Origin: Flavobacteriales bacterium
GTDB taxonomy: Bacteria > Bacteroidota > Bacteroidia > NORP154
DNA length: 37,939 nt
Reading direction: 5' to 3'
Assembly: GCA_012965955.1 (NCBI GenBank)
Contig: DTRK01000078.1
Span: 1 to 37,939, forward strand
The notes under the pieces were generated by a model. It was not told the origin of the DNA, made no database searches, and saw only the letters and a program-made list of their open reading frames with translations. Shown piece after piece: positions 19,786 through 29,226 of the stretch (positions are counted from its first letter, which is position 1; each line of letters begins with the position of its first letter). A program made the position numbers and the translations under genes.

Positions 19786-21747
19786 CTAATCTTCTTTGGT
19801 CACCTTTTGCGCCTCAAGGCGCTCAAGCTCCTGAACAGCCCCTTCCCAGTCCTCCATCAAATCCGCAAGTTTCTTTTGTTTGGCATCATAGTTACTGAAG
19901 AAGCCAGGCTCTGCTGACAGCTCCTTGAACTTAACGGGATCCAGCAGATCATCATCATATTGCTTCAGCTCTTTTTCCAATTCATCGACCTCCTTTTCCA
20001 GTCTGCCGCACTTGTTTTTTAACTTTCGATGGGACTTCCGCAATGCCTTCTTCGCCTTGTAGTCCATCTGGTGTGCCGACTCGGTTTTGTCCTTTGTTGG
20101 CTTTGCCTTTAGCCTGGCCATTTCCAGCGCCTTGAGGTCCGTGACATTTCTTGCTTCTAAAAACGCGGTTACATCTCCTATGTATTCTTTGATCTGCTGG
20201 TTCTTGAATTCATAGACCTTATCCGTGAGGGACTGCAGAAAAGCTCTGTCGTGAGACACGATAATCAAAGTTCCGTCATAATGCACCAAAGCCTGTTTCA
20301 AAATCTCCTTTGAGCGCATATCGAGGTGATTGGTGGGCTCATCCATGATTAGCAGGGAAACCGGCGTCAAAAGAAGTTTGCACAACGCCACTCTTGCTCG
20401 CTCACCTCCGGAAAGCACGGAGATCTTCTTCTCTACCGTATCACCTGAAAATAAAAACGATCCCAAGAGAGCGCGGACTTGTGAAGACGTCTGCTCAGTA
20501 GCTGACTTATCCACTGCTTCTAAGACTGTCATTTTATCATCTAGCAGATCAGATTGGTTTTGGGCATAATATCCCACGTTCACCAGGTGGCCAAGCTTGA
20601 GGTCTCCCTTATAGTCTAAATCACGCGCAATGATCCTGGCCAGCGTTGTCTTGCCCTCTCCATTTTTACCAACAAATGCGACCTTATCCCCTTTATTCAC
20701 GGAAAGTGAAACATCTTTCAATACTTCCAGGCTATCGTAATTCTTATAAATGTTTTTCGCTTCGATGGTCACCTTGCCTGAGTGAGGAGCTGGAGGAAAG
20801 CGAAACTTCATAGTTGAATTGTCAGTAGCATCAATCTCTACCCTATCCAGCTTGGCAAGCTTTTTAATTAGGGTTTGGGCGAATGCCGCTTTACTGGCCT
20901 TGTACCGGAATTTCTCAATGAGTTTTTCGGTTTGCTTGATGTGTTGATCCTGGTTCTTCTTAGCCTGTAACTGAATGGAAAGTCGCTCTTCTCTCAGCTG
21001 TACGTACTTGGAATAAGCTGCCTTGTAGTCGTAAATTTGCCCACTTACAATTTCTATGGTTCTGTTGGTCACCGCATCGAGAAAGGTCCTGTCGTGCGAC
21101 ACAAGTATTACGGATCCAGGATAGTCCTGCAACCAGGCTTCCAACCAGATTATAGATTCGATATCCAGGTGGTTGGTAGGCTCATCGAGAAGTATGCAAG
21201 CGGGTTTTTGAAGCAATATCTTCGCCAGCTCAATACGCATTCTCCAACCACCGGAAAAGGTGTTGGTTTGCTTATCAAAATCCTCTACTAGAAATCCCAG
21301 TCCTTGCAATACCCGGGAGCACTCAGCTTCCAGGTTATACCCATCCATGGCAATAAAGGCTTCCTCCATCTCCCCAATAATTGCGATCAGATCAATGTAG
21401 GCATCACTCTCGGTATCTGTACGGGTTGCCAGTGCATTCTGGGCTTCTTTTAAATCCCACTGGAGCTTTTTGACCTTTTTGAAGGCAGTTTGTGCTTCGT
21501 CAATTACGGTTTCCCCATCAGTAAAGTCGAGATCTTGTGTCAGATAAGAAATTTCGTAGTTCTTGGAGGTGCTGATGCTTCCCGCATTTGGTGCAAGGTC
21601 ACCGGACATCACGTTGAGAAGGGTTGACTTGCCGGCACCATTCTTACCGACCAGTCCAATGCGCTCCCCCTTATTGACCATGAAGGTGATATCATTGAAG
21701 AGGGATTGCCCTCCAAAATAAACCGTGATTTTGTTCAACTGTATCAT
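19786..21747 (-). CDS. ABC-F family ribosome-associated ATPase
   Basis: Two NBDs (GKNGAGKST/FSGGWRMR/LLDEPTNHLD and GKNGEGKTT/LSGGE/MDEPTNHLD), interdomain linker, C-terminal coiled coil, no TM segments. Confidence 0.95.
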   Translation of the reverse strand: MIQLNKITVYFGGQSLFNDITFMVNKGERIGLVGKNGAGKSTLLNVMSGDLAPNAGSISTSKNYEISYLTQDLDFTDGETVIDEAQTAFKKVKKLQWDLKEAQNALATRTDTESDAYIDLIAIIGEMEEAFIAMDGYNLEAECSRVLQGLGFLVEDFDKQTNTFSGGWRMRIELAKILLQKPACILLDEPTNHLDIESIIWLEAWLQDYPGSVILVSHDRTFLDAVTNRTIEIVSGQIYDYKAAYSKYVQLREERLSIQLQAKKNQDQHIKQTEKLIEKFRYKASKAAFAQTLIKKLAKLDRVEIDATDNSTMKFRFPPAPHSGKVTIEAKNIYKNYDSLEVLKDVSLSVNKGDKVAFVGKNGEGKTTLARIIARDLDYKGDLKLGHLVNVGYYAQNQSDLLDDKMTVLEAVDKSATEQTSSQVRALLGSFLFSGDTVEKKISVLSGGERARVALCKLLLTPVSLLIMDEPTNHLDMRSKEILKQALVHYDGTLIIVSHDRAFLQSLTDKVYEFKNQQIKEYIGDVTAFLEARNVTDLKALEMARLKAKPTKDKTESAHQMDYKAKKALRKSHRKLKNKCGRLEKEVDELEKELKQYDDDLLDPVKFKELSAEPGFFSNYDAKQKKLADLMEDWEGAVQELERLEAQKVTKED

Positions 21748-21790
21748 CTCATAAGGCTAATCACCACCTGCATTATTTGATACTTGGGTT

Positions 21791-22657
21791 CTACTTATTC
21801 TTAAGATATCCATTGAGCAAGATGCAAGTAACGATGACAAGACTCCCTAAATAAAAGCCCGGTTTCATGTACTCAGATTGACCAAAAATTGCCACGGCCA
21901 GTACAATCGCATAGATCGGTTCCAGATTCAGGCTTATGGCAATCGAAAAAGGAGTTAACACTTTCATCAGCTCAACCATCATTACAAATGCGAAAGAGGT
22001 ACACACCAACCCGAGTATAAGGAGATAAGACAAGTCTGGTGTGGATAACGTCATCATACCCAGATTCAGCTCACCTGATACAAACAGATAGACACTGAGC
22101 GCCGCCACTCCCCCCAACATTTCATAAGTAGTGATCACAACAGCGTCGTAATTTTTGATGAAACGCGCATTGATCACAGAAAACAGACAACCCAGGAAAG
22201 CTGCCAGAATCCCCAAGGCAATTCCCAGCTTGTATTCTACCTCCACGTTGAAGATAAAGTACAAACCACATATCACCAACAGGCCAAGCAGGACCTCGTA
22301 TGGAATCAGCTTTCTCTTGAGAAAGATGGGTTCCAGGAAGGCCATAAAGAAGGTGGTCGCCGAGAAACAGATGAGCGCTACGGACACGTTGGAGACCTTG
22401 ATTGCCATGAAGAAGGCCAACCAATGTGCAGCCGTGATGGTTCCATTCAACAACATCTTGGCAGCTGTCTTGCCAGGCAATTTGAATTTGATTCCCCTTA
22501 CCAACAGATATAATGACAATCCTAAAAGAGCAATCAGCATGCGCCACCATACCAAAGGTTCAGCCCCTATGCTGATCAGTTTGCCCAACACGCCTGTAAA
22601 GGCCAGAAGCAGAACCAATAAGTGTAAGTATATCTGACTGGTCAATGTCTTTTTCAT
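21791..22657 (-). CDS. EamA/DMT family transporter
   Basis: ~10 TM helices, FTGVLGKLI, HWLAFF, NLEPIYAI; start moved to ATG 22657 because a promoter-like box lies inside the longer 22690 ORF. Confidence 0.9.
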   Translation of the reverse strand: MKKTLTSQIYLHLLVLLLAFTGVLGKLISIGAEPLVWWRMLIALLGLSLYLLVRGIKFKLPGKTAAKMLLNGTITAAHWLAFFMAIKVSNVSVALICFSATTFFMAFLEPIFLKRKLIPYEVLLGLLVICGLYFIFNVEVEYKLGIALGILAAFLGCLFSVINARFIKNYDAVVITTYEMLGGVAALSVYLFVSGELNLGMMTLSTPDLSYLLILGLVCTSFAFVMMVELMKVLTPFSIAISLNLEPIYAIVLAVAIFGQSEYMKPGFYLGSLVIVTCILLNGYLKNK

Positions 22658-22665
22658 AAGGAGCG

Positions 22666-22673
22666 CGAAGGTA
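22666..22673 (-). promoter_or_regulatory. Near-consensus -7 promoter box for eamA
   Basis: Minus strand TACCTTCG (one mismatch to TAnnTTTG), 8 bp before ATG 22657. Confidence 0.45.
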
Positions 22674-22732
22674 GTGCAAAGTATCCTCAAATTGTTTGCC
22701 AGATTTCATTAGTAATTGGCTAAATTCATGGT

Positions 22733-24253
22733 ATGAAAATAATGTGGAGCCTGCTAATTTGCCTTGTTATCGCCCTACCCTCTTTCTCCACGGGAGATGG
22801 AGATGAAAAGCTACGCCTGGCAATTCTCTACTTTGATAATTCAGGCGATAGCGAGAAACTGCAAATGCTTCGCAAGGGAATGGCGGATATGCTCATTACC
22901 GATTTATCCAAGGTTAAGAGTCTTGATATTGTGGAGCGTGCCAGATTGGAGGAGATTATGAAGGAGCAAGAAATGTCCAACTCAAAAAGCTTTGACAACA
23001 ATACTGCTGTTTCGATGGGTAAACTGCTGGGAGCAGAGACCATTCTCACCGGATCGTTCTTTGAAATGATGGGTACACTGCGTGTAGACGCACGCTTTAT
23101 AGATGTTGAAACCGGCAAAATATTGAAATCAGACGGTGTACAAGGCTTGGTTAGCGACTTCTTTACTCTGGAGAAGGACCTGGTTGATAAGATCATTGTG
23201 AATTTGGAATTAAAACTTACCGATGATGAGAAAGCATACCTTAAACTAAATCGGGAAGGCGAGCAATTAAGTTATGAGGATGCACTGACATTCTCTGAGG
23301 GCTTGGACCTCATGGATTTGGGCAAGAAAGATAAAGCCAGGGCCAAATTTGAAGCAGTATTGACAAAGCATCCAAAATTTGAGCCCGCCAATAATGCTAT
23401 CGCTAAATTAAATGAAGCTCCTGTCGTTGTTGCGAGCTCTGAAGTCAAACCAGCAAAGGTAATGAGGGGTACTGGAGACCCGCTGAAAGGACTCAATGTA
23501 TCCAAATCCCTATCTAATAATGATATTGGGAAATACTATGCACTCATCATAGGCATTGATCAGTATAGCGGAGAATGGACCAAGCTAAACAACGCAGTGA
23601 ATGACGCAACTACTATCGAAAAAACGTTGAAGGCCAATTATCGATTTGACGAGTTCCAAACATTATATAACTCTGAAGCAACGCGATCTGCAATTATGAA
23701 AAAACTAGAGTGGTTGGTGAACAATGTAAAAGAGGAAGACAATGTATTCATCTATTATTCAGGCCACGGAGAATTCAAAAAGTCGATGAATAAAGGATAT
23801 TGGGTACCTCAGGATTCGAGGACTAAGTCGGTGTCGGAATATATTTCCAACAGTGATATACAAACGTTTTTAGGTGGCATTAAATCCAGGCACACACTCC
23901 TGGTATCTGACGCCTGTTTTAGTGGTGACATTTTCCGTGGCTCTACGGTATCTGTTCCGTTTTCTGATACTGAGAAGTACTATGAAAAGGCATACAGTCT
24001 GCGCTCCAGACATGCGATTACCTCAGGCGGCATAGAGCCTGTAATGGACGGAGGCAAAGACAATCATTCCGTATTTGCCTACTACTTGCTGAAAGTATTG
24101 AAGAGCAATGACAAGAAATACCTGGATGCCTCTCAGCTATATGAGGGCTTAAAAATACCTGTGATCAACAACTCGGAACAGTCGCCGAACTTCAGCCCCA
24201 TTAAGAACACCGGAGACGAAGGCGGACAGTTTATCTTTATCCGTAAGACTTGA
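22733..24253 (+). CDS. Exported CsgG/FlgO-like domain + TPR + caspase-like peptidase C14
   Basis: Signal peptide; LAILYFDN..ADMLITDL..IVER..GKLLGAETILTGSF..RVDARFIDVETGKI; TPR-like helices; YALIIGIDQY, NAVNDA, YYSGHG (His345), SDACFSG (Cys395), HSVFAYYLL. Confidence 0.9.
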   Translation: MKIMWSLLICLVIALPSFSTGDGDEKLRLAILYFDNSGDSEKLQMLRKGMADMLITDLSKVKSLDIVERARLEEIMKEQEMSNSKSFDNNTAVSMGKLLGAETILTGSFFEMMGTLRVDARFIDVETGKILKSDGVQGLVSDFFTLEKDLVDKIIVNLELKLTDDEKAYLKLNREGEQLSYEDALTFSEGLDLMDLGKKDKARAKFEAVLTKHPKFEPANNAIAKLNEAPVVVASSEVKPAKVMRGTGDPLKGLNVSKSLSNNDIGKYYALIIGIDQYSGEWTKLNNAVNDATTIEKTLKANYRFDEFQTLYNSEATRSAIMKKLEWLVNNVKEEDNVFIYYSGHGEFKKSMNKGYWVPQDSRTKSVSEYISNSDIQTFLGGIKSRHTLLVSDACFSGDIFRGSTVSVPFSDTEKYYEKAYSLRSRHAITSGGIEPVMDGGKDNHSVFAYYLLKVLKSNDKKYLDASQLYEGLKIPVINNSEQSPNFSPIKNTGDEGGQFIFIRKT

Positions 24254-26346
24254 GGGTGCTTTACCACAACATTGTCAGATCCAGCCTCAAACTCCTACTG
24301 GCACTGAGCCTTATCGCTCCACATTCGGCCTGGGCGGAGAAGACCATTGCCATTTCTTATTTCGACAATACTTCAGGAGATGTCAGGTTCAACCCTCTCT
24401 CTAAGGGAATTGCAGATATGCTGATCACCGATCTCTCTAAAATCCCGGAAGTGAATATTGTTGAAAGAGAAAAATTGGAGAAACTGCTACAAGAAATTGA
24501 GCTGGGTAGTTCCAAGTATTTCGATCAGAAGACAGCTCAAAAATTGGGTAAAGGATTAGGCGCGGAAGCCATACTCACCGGAGCCTTTTTGGTTCTGGAT
24601 GAACAGCTACGCATCGACGCGCGTTTGGTGGATGTTGCTTCGGGAAATATCCTGACCGCCGAGTCCGTGTCTGGCAGCAAAGATGATTTTTTCGCCTTGC
24701 ATGCAAAGCTTGTTCAGCTACTGGTCAAGGAGCTTAAAATGGATTACAAAGCAGGTGCCGGAGCCAAAGCAAAGAATGTCACGCTGGATGCGGTGGTTGA
24801 CTACTCTACCGCCATCGACTATTACGACAAAGGACTATCCGCTGATGCGAGTGCCATATTGGCCAGTACCGTTAAAAATAATCCCGGATTTACCTTTGCA
24901 AAGAACAGGCTTGAAGCCATAAAACAGTGGCTGGTAGATATTGAAGCTGAACGGGAGCGCCTAATCCAGGAGGAGACAAAAAAACTACTGTCCAATCTGG
25001 ACACTGAAAATGCCCAGGTAGGACAACAGATAAACCAGATATGGACGTCCATGATGACAGCTCAAGCATATAGCAAGATCATCGCTATCAACAAACAGCT
25101 GGCACAGAAGAGCCTGTCTGACGATTTCAGAATATATGGAGAAGCGTCGCCAATTACATTTGGTGAGATGCGATACTTTTACGATGCCTTTTCTTTTTAC
25201 ATGTTGAAGGACTACAACAACACCCTCCTCGCTGGCGAAGCCTTTATCAAGCGGTATCCTATTAGCATGTACTTCGCGGGAGTCAAGGCCAATATGGATC
25301 AGTCCATTGCGGAACTTGAAGCTCGGGAGAAAGGCAAAGCGGTAATCAATGAGCGCCTGCAATATGCCGAATTTGAAACATATGTCAATAAATTTGACTG
25401 GATGAATTCACGCTGGCGACTTGATTATATGAGTAGGGAAATGTACGAAAATTACAAGGCAATCTTCATCAAACGCATCTTCAACTTCGGCGACAAATTG
25501 CTGATTGCATATATAAATGCAGGGGGTGAAGAAGCAGATGAACTACTTGAGTTCAAGGGTGTGGCAATGCATTTTCTGGATGAAGATTTGATGCGGAAGA
25601 TCAGTGAAAAGGCCATTGCAATTTACAGCGAGACGAGCATGGAGGAAAAAGGCTATCAGATTGAAGAATCGATAGATCGCGATTTGGCGGAGATCCAGAA
25701 AACCAACGCAACCGTTGAGGAAGCACGCTCCTCAATGAAGAGTGCCCAGCCTGAAGAACTGCTGCGAATGGTAAAGCACTTTCGCAATTTGTCGAAGGGC
25801 CTGGATTGGCAGCTGTTGCTGGACATCAGCACGAAGTTTATCAAGTTACCATTTGATGAAAAGAATGCTAATTACCTCCGAACGGCTTGGGAAATGCAGG
25901 TCGTAGCTCTCGCCCATCTCCGCAGGCTTGACGATGCAAAAAAGCAGCTTGAGGCCTATAAGGTGGTCAAGGAACTCAATGATCCAGACCCTAAAAAACA
26001 CACTAAGTCCTATCGGGATTTGCGTTCCACGCTCAGCGAGGCGAAGAAATCCATTGCTTCGGCAGATCAAAATGTGCTGCCCCTGGCCATCTACCGCTCC
26101 AGGGCGGAGATATACCGTTACAGCCATCAATTCGTGGATGAAGCTTACACGAGAAGGGCGATGTTAGACAAGTTAGAGCTTGATGAAGATCAGGGGAGCC
26201 AACAATTGTTCATGCTATTAACAGCTTACAGTAACCTGGGGTATTTCGATAAGGCCAGGGCGGTGGCCAAGGAACTCAAGACTAAGTATCCTACAGGGAG
26301 TTACACGGATAGTGTGGATTCAATGTTGAAATATATGCCTCAATAA
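24250..26346 (+). CDS. Exported CsgG/FlgO-like domain + long TPR/alpha-solenoid protein
   Basis: TTG start overlaps the upstream TGA; signal peptide ending SAWA|E; N-domain paralogous to the upstream gene; TPR-like FIKRYPISMY and YSNLGYFDKARAVAKELKTKYPTGSY. Confidence 0.85.
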   Translation: MRVLYHNIVRSSLKLLLALSLIAPHSAWAEKTIAISYFDNTSGDVRFNPLSKGIADMLITDLSKIPEVNIVEREKLEKLLQEIELGSSKYFDQKTAQKLGKGLGAEAILTGAFLVLDEQLRIDARLVDVASGNILTAESVSGSKDDFFALHAKLVQLLVKELKMDYKAGAGAKAKNVTLDAVVDYSTAIDYYDKGLSADASAILASTVKNNPGFTFAKNRLEAIKQWLVDIEAERERLIQEETKKLLSNLDTENAQVGQQINQIWTSMMTAQAYSKIIAINKQLAQKSLSDDFRIYGEASPITFGEMRYFYDAFSFYMLKDYNNTLLAGEAFIKRYPISMYFAGVKANMDQSIAELEAREKGKAVINERLQYAEFETYVNKFDWMNSRWRLDYMSREMYENYKAIFIKRIFNFGDKLLIAYINAGGEEADELLEFKGVAMHFLDEDLMRKISEKAIAIYSETSMEEKGYQIEESIDRDLAEIQKTNATVEEARSSMKSAQPEELLRMVKHFRNLSKGLDWQLLLDISTKFIKLPFDEKNANYLRTAWEMQVVALAHLRRLDDAKKQLEAYKVVKELNDPDPKKHTKSYRDLRSTLSEAKKSIASADQNVLPLAIYRSRAEIYRYSHQFVDEAYTRRAMLDKLELDEDQGSQQLFMLLTAYSNLGYFDKARAVAKELKTKYPTGSYTDSVDSMLKYMPQ

Positions 26347-26397
26347 CCACCCTGGTTACTCGCTCCGCGATCAAACTTGTCCCTTGAGCACAGCAGC

Positions 26398-26429
26398 GCC
26401 CCTGTACAGTGGAACAGGGGCTTACTTTT
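26398..26429 (+). terminator. Intrinsic terminator-like hairpin between convergent operons
   Basis: GCCCCTGT (26398-26405) / ACAGGGGC (26414-26421), perfect 8-bp stem, followed by TTACTTTT. Confidence 0.6.
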
Positions 26430-27921
26430 CAACCGTCAGCATATACTCCGCTACCGCCATCCTCGTCTCCTCTGACAGGTAGTTCTGAGGTGGCATCTCA
26501 GGATAGTTCTCCCGCCTGCGGATCGGGTTGGTAATATAATCCACAATGCCCTGGGGATTGTTGTTGTATATCGCCTGGAGGTCTCTGGTTGGAGGGCCAA
26601 TCATCCTGATACCATATGCATGGCAACCTGAACATACTCCATAAAAGGTGAGTTTCCCCTTCTCCTCGGCTGATATATCTCTAGGAGGCACCGGTTCGGC
26701 CAGCATATAAGACTTCACGGCAATGGATGTCCGCACCTGACATTGGCCGTAATCTTCCAGACCAAAGGTGCGGTACTTGTTTTTGTCCAGGATACAACCG
26801 CCACTACCTCCTCCAAAGTGGATGATATCTGGTCCTTTGGATTCCATTTGCGTAGCCATCAATGCTTTCAACTGCCCCCCGGGATCATTACCGTTGTTGC
26901 TCATAAAGTTATCGAGGATTACCAATCGGTCGGGATTAGGCTCCGATTCCGGATCTGTGGCCACATTGGCAACCAGGGTCAGATCTGTGATCGTGATGCC
27001 TGCATTATTATTTCCTGTAATGATATTTCCTTCCAAAGTCACATCGTCTGCAGCCATTATCAATATTCCGGTTCCCTGTGGAATTCCTGATACAATAGAT
27101 CCGGGTGCAGCGAAATTCTCGAGGTTGTTATCCACCACAAAGTTGTTTCGAACAATAATATCAAAGCAAGTTTTGATCGGCAGCCCAGGAGTGATAAAGA
27201 CCAGAAGCCCTCCCGTGTTGTTGTGGGTATAATTGTTCTCCACCAGGCAGTGTCTGGAATTTTCAATCTCAATTCCCGCAACGCTTTCATAGGTCTCATT
27301 GTGTAACACATCAATGTTGTCACACATGCCCACGTAAATTGCAGCATCTTCAATTCCCGACAGCACATTGTGTTCTACCAGACCGTTCTTTCCAAACTCA
27401 GGGAATATCCCATACACCCCGGCATCTACCACCCAGTTATTGCGAATGACGAAGTTATTTCCCGCCTGGCCCATTATTCCATTGCCCTTGTAATTGATGA
27501 TCTTAAAATTCTCTATTATGATGCCATTACCAGAGTAGAGAAACCCGTCGTTCAACTCTTTCCCCCCATCCAATGTGGGCCATTCCCCCTCAATGATGAT
27601 TCCCTGAAAGCTAATGTCATCCTTGTCGATGTACACGGTTTCCCTGTAGCTACCAGGATAAACCCTGATTAAGTCTCCAGGGTTCGCTTTTTTCACGGCA
27701 TCCTGAATCTTATCCCCATTGCGGACCTCTATGATCTCACCTTTAAATCCTGCCAGTGCAGTATCCGCTCCTGCCAGGCCAGGGGTGTAACCACCTTGAG
27801 CTTCGTACAACTTAACTGGAGTGAGTGCAGTGGATGTCGGTTTGCTCTTAAAAAGAAACTTTCCAGCTAGTATTCCGACAGCCAACAAGACCAGCCATAT
27901 CATCAGCATTTTCCATTTCAT
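26422..27921 (-). CDS. Parallel beta-helix protein (TIGR03805-like) with C-terminal class I cytochrome c
   Basis: N-terminal anchor; IQDAVKKANPGDLIRVYPGSY, YGIFPE, DAAIYVG, GIEIENS, NTGGLLVF..PGLP; heme motif CSGCH (26620-26634) with downstream MPPQ Met. Confidence 0.87.
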   Translation of the reverse strand: MKWKMLMIWLVLLAVGILAGKFLFKSKPTSTALTPVKLYEAQGGYTPGLAGADTALAGFKGEIIEVRNGDKIQDAVKKANPGDLIRVYPGSYRETVYIDKDDISFQGIIIEGEWPTLDGGKELNDGFLYSGNGIIIENFKIINYKGNGIMGQAGNNFVIRNNWVVDAGVYGIFPEFGKNGLVEHNVLSGIEDAAIYVGMCDNIDVLHNETYESVAGIEIENSRHCLVENNYTHNNTGGLLVFITPGLPIKTCFDIIVRNNFVVDNNLENFAAPGSIVSGIPQGTGILIMAADDVTLEGNIITGNNNAGITITDLTLVANVATDPESEPNPDRLVILDNFMSNNGNDPGGQLKALMATQMESKGPDIIHFGGGSGGCILDKNKYRTFGLEDYGQCQVRTSIAVKSYMLAEPVPPRDISAEEKGKLTFYGVCSGCHAYGIRMIGPPTRDLQAIYNNNPQGIVDYITNPIRRRENYPEMPPQNYLSEETRMAVAEYMLTVEK

Positions 27922-27933
27922 GGGTAGTGTGTT

Positions 27934-29109
27934 CTATTTATTTTCATTTCTTACCAATCCTGGCTTTAATCCAGAAGGCAATCTTTGTGGGATCTGGGGC
28001 ATAAACCCCTCATCCGTTAGCGTCTCCAGGAAATCTACCAGGCGATCCAACTCTCGATCGCTGAGATCAGGTTCCCAGATGTGCCAGTGCAATTTCAAAT
28101 CCTCACCTTCAGGTACAGCATGGCCCCTGCCCTTGGTGTAAAAGGCTACTGTTTCCTTCAGCGTTTCAAAGGTGCCAGAATGCATATAAGGAGCGGTACG
28201 GGCCACATTCCTGAGGCTAGGCACCTTAAATCCCGCACGAAACTTAGGATCTGCATATGTCTTTTGTGCGCCTTGGTCCAGTGGGAGACCATCTGGCTCG
28301 GGTGTACCCAGCACCGCCACTTGCTGATTGGTAAACAACGGCGGCGTATGACACTCTGCACAGCGTGCAACAAAGGAGCGGAAGATGTTCAACCCCTCAA
28401 TCTCATTTTCGTTGAGCGCCTCATGATATCCATGTGCATAGTGGTCGTAGCGGCTATTGAGTGAAACCAGTGACGACTCAAATGCCGTGATGGCTGTGTG
28501 TACATCTTGTACGCGAATATCTTTTTGCGCTGACGGGAATGCGTCAGCAAACAAGCGACGATACGCTGGAATATTATTCAATGTAGCAGCCAGTTTCGCC
28601 GGAGTGTTACCCATCTCCTCCGCCGAATAAAGCGGTCCTTGCATCTGCTCCTCAAGCGTAGAAGCTCTGGCGTCCCAAAACAACGACTGTAAAAATGCTA
28701 CGTTCCAAAGGCTCGGTGCACCTCTTTGCACTATTGCCCCATCCATTCCAACTGCCCTGCCTTTGCCATCGCTAAAGCCATAATTGGGATCGTGGCAGCT
28801 ACTGCAAGCCAGGGATCCGTCAACAGATAAGACCGGGTCAAAAAACAAGTAACGACCTAGGTCAATTTGTTGGGGACTGAACCCATCACGTATTGCAGGA
28901 AGTCCTGTTTTCAACCCGCCCACTCCACTGCCCCGCAAGGATTCGTACTGCTGGTACATATTTCTGCACTTGCAGGCATTATCGTCGGTAAGTTCAAAAC
29001 CGGGAGGGCAATGCGACGCGAGTATTATCTGTTCGCTATCGCTTTGCACAGTTGGCGAAATAGCAATAATTGTAATAGCCAGGATGGTTATCACTCGAGC
29101 GGTTCGCAT
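27934..29109 (-). CDS. Diheme cytochrome c peroxidase/MauG superfamily protein
   Basis: Signal peptide; LGRYLFFDPVLS, CSSCH (28792-28806), FWDARASTLEEQ..P..EMG, CAECH (28348-28362), FKVPSLRNVARTAPYMHSG. Confidence 0.92.
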   Translation of the reverse strand: MRTARVITILAITIIAISPTVQSDSEQIILASHCPPGFELTDDNACKCRNMYQQYESLRGSGVGGLKTGLPAIRDGFSPQQIDLGRYLFFDPVLSVDGSLACSSCHDPNYGFSDGKGRAVGMDGAIVQRGAPSLWNVAFLQSLFWDARASTLEEQMQGPLYSAEEMGNTPAKLAATLNNIPAYRRLFADAFPSAQKDIRVQDVHTAITAFESSLVSLNSRYDHYAHGYHEALNENEIEGLNIFRSFVARCAECHTPPLFTNQQVAVLGTPEPDGLPLDQGAQKTYADPKFRAGFKVPSLRNVARTAPYMHSGTFETLKETVAFYTKGRGHAVPEGEDLKLHWHIWEPDLSDRELDRLVDFLETLTDEGFMPQIPQRLPSGLKPGLVRNENK

Positions 29110-29226
29110 ACCTTGATTTTGAAAAAATTAAAGTATCGAAGATACTATTTACATCGCTAACAACAGAGCATCAAATACGTCTTCACGTCACAACCCTGGG
29201 ACGTGAATATCTCCACAAGAAGCACA

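Noticed and set aside
22733-26346. Curli secretion locus
   Set aside because: No csgA/B/E/F and no lipobox; the CsgG-like domain is a short module fused to TPR or caspase regions
26422-27921. NosD or polysaccharide lyase call
   Set aside because: No nos genes or SusC/D context; the motifs and fused cytochrome fit the uncharacterised beta-helix family better
29132-29146. Palindrome AGTATC-GAA-GATACT upstream of the peroxidase as an operator
   Set aside because: Only a 6-bp arm in AT-rich DNA; it overlaps a promoter-like TATCTTCG but has no further support
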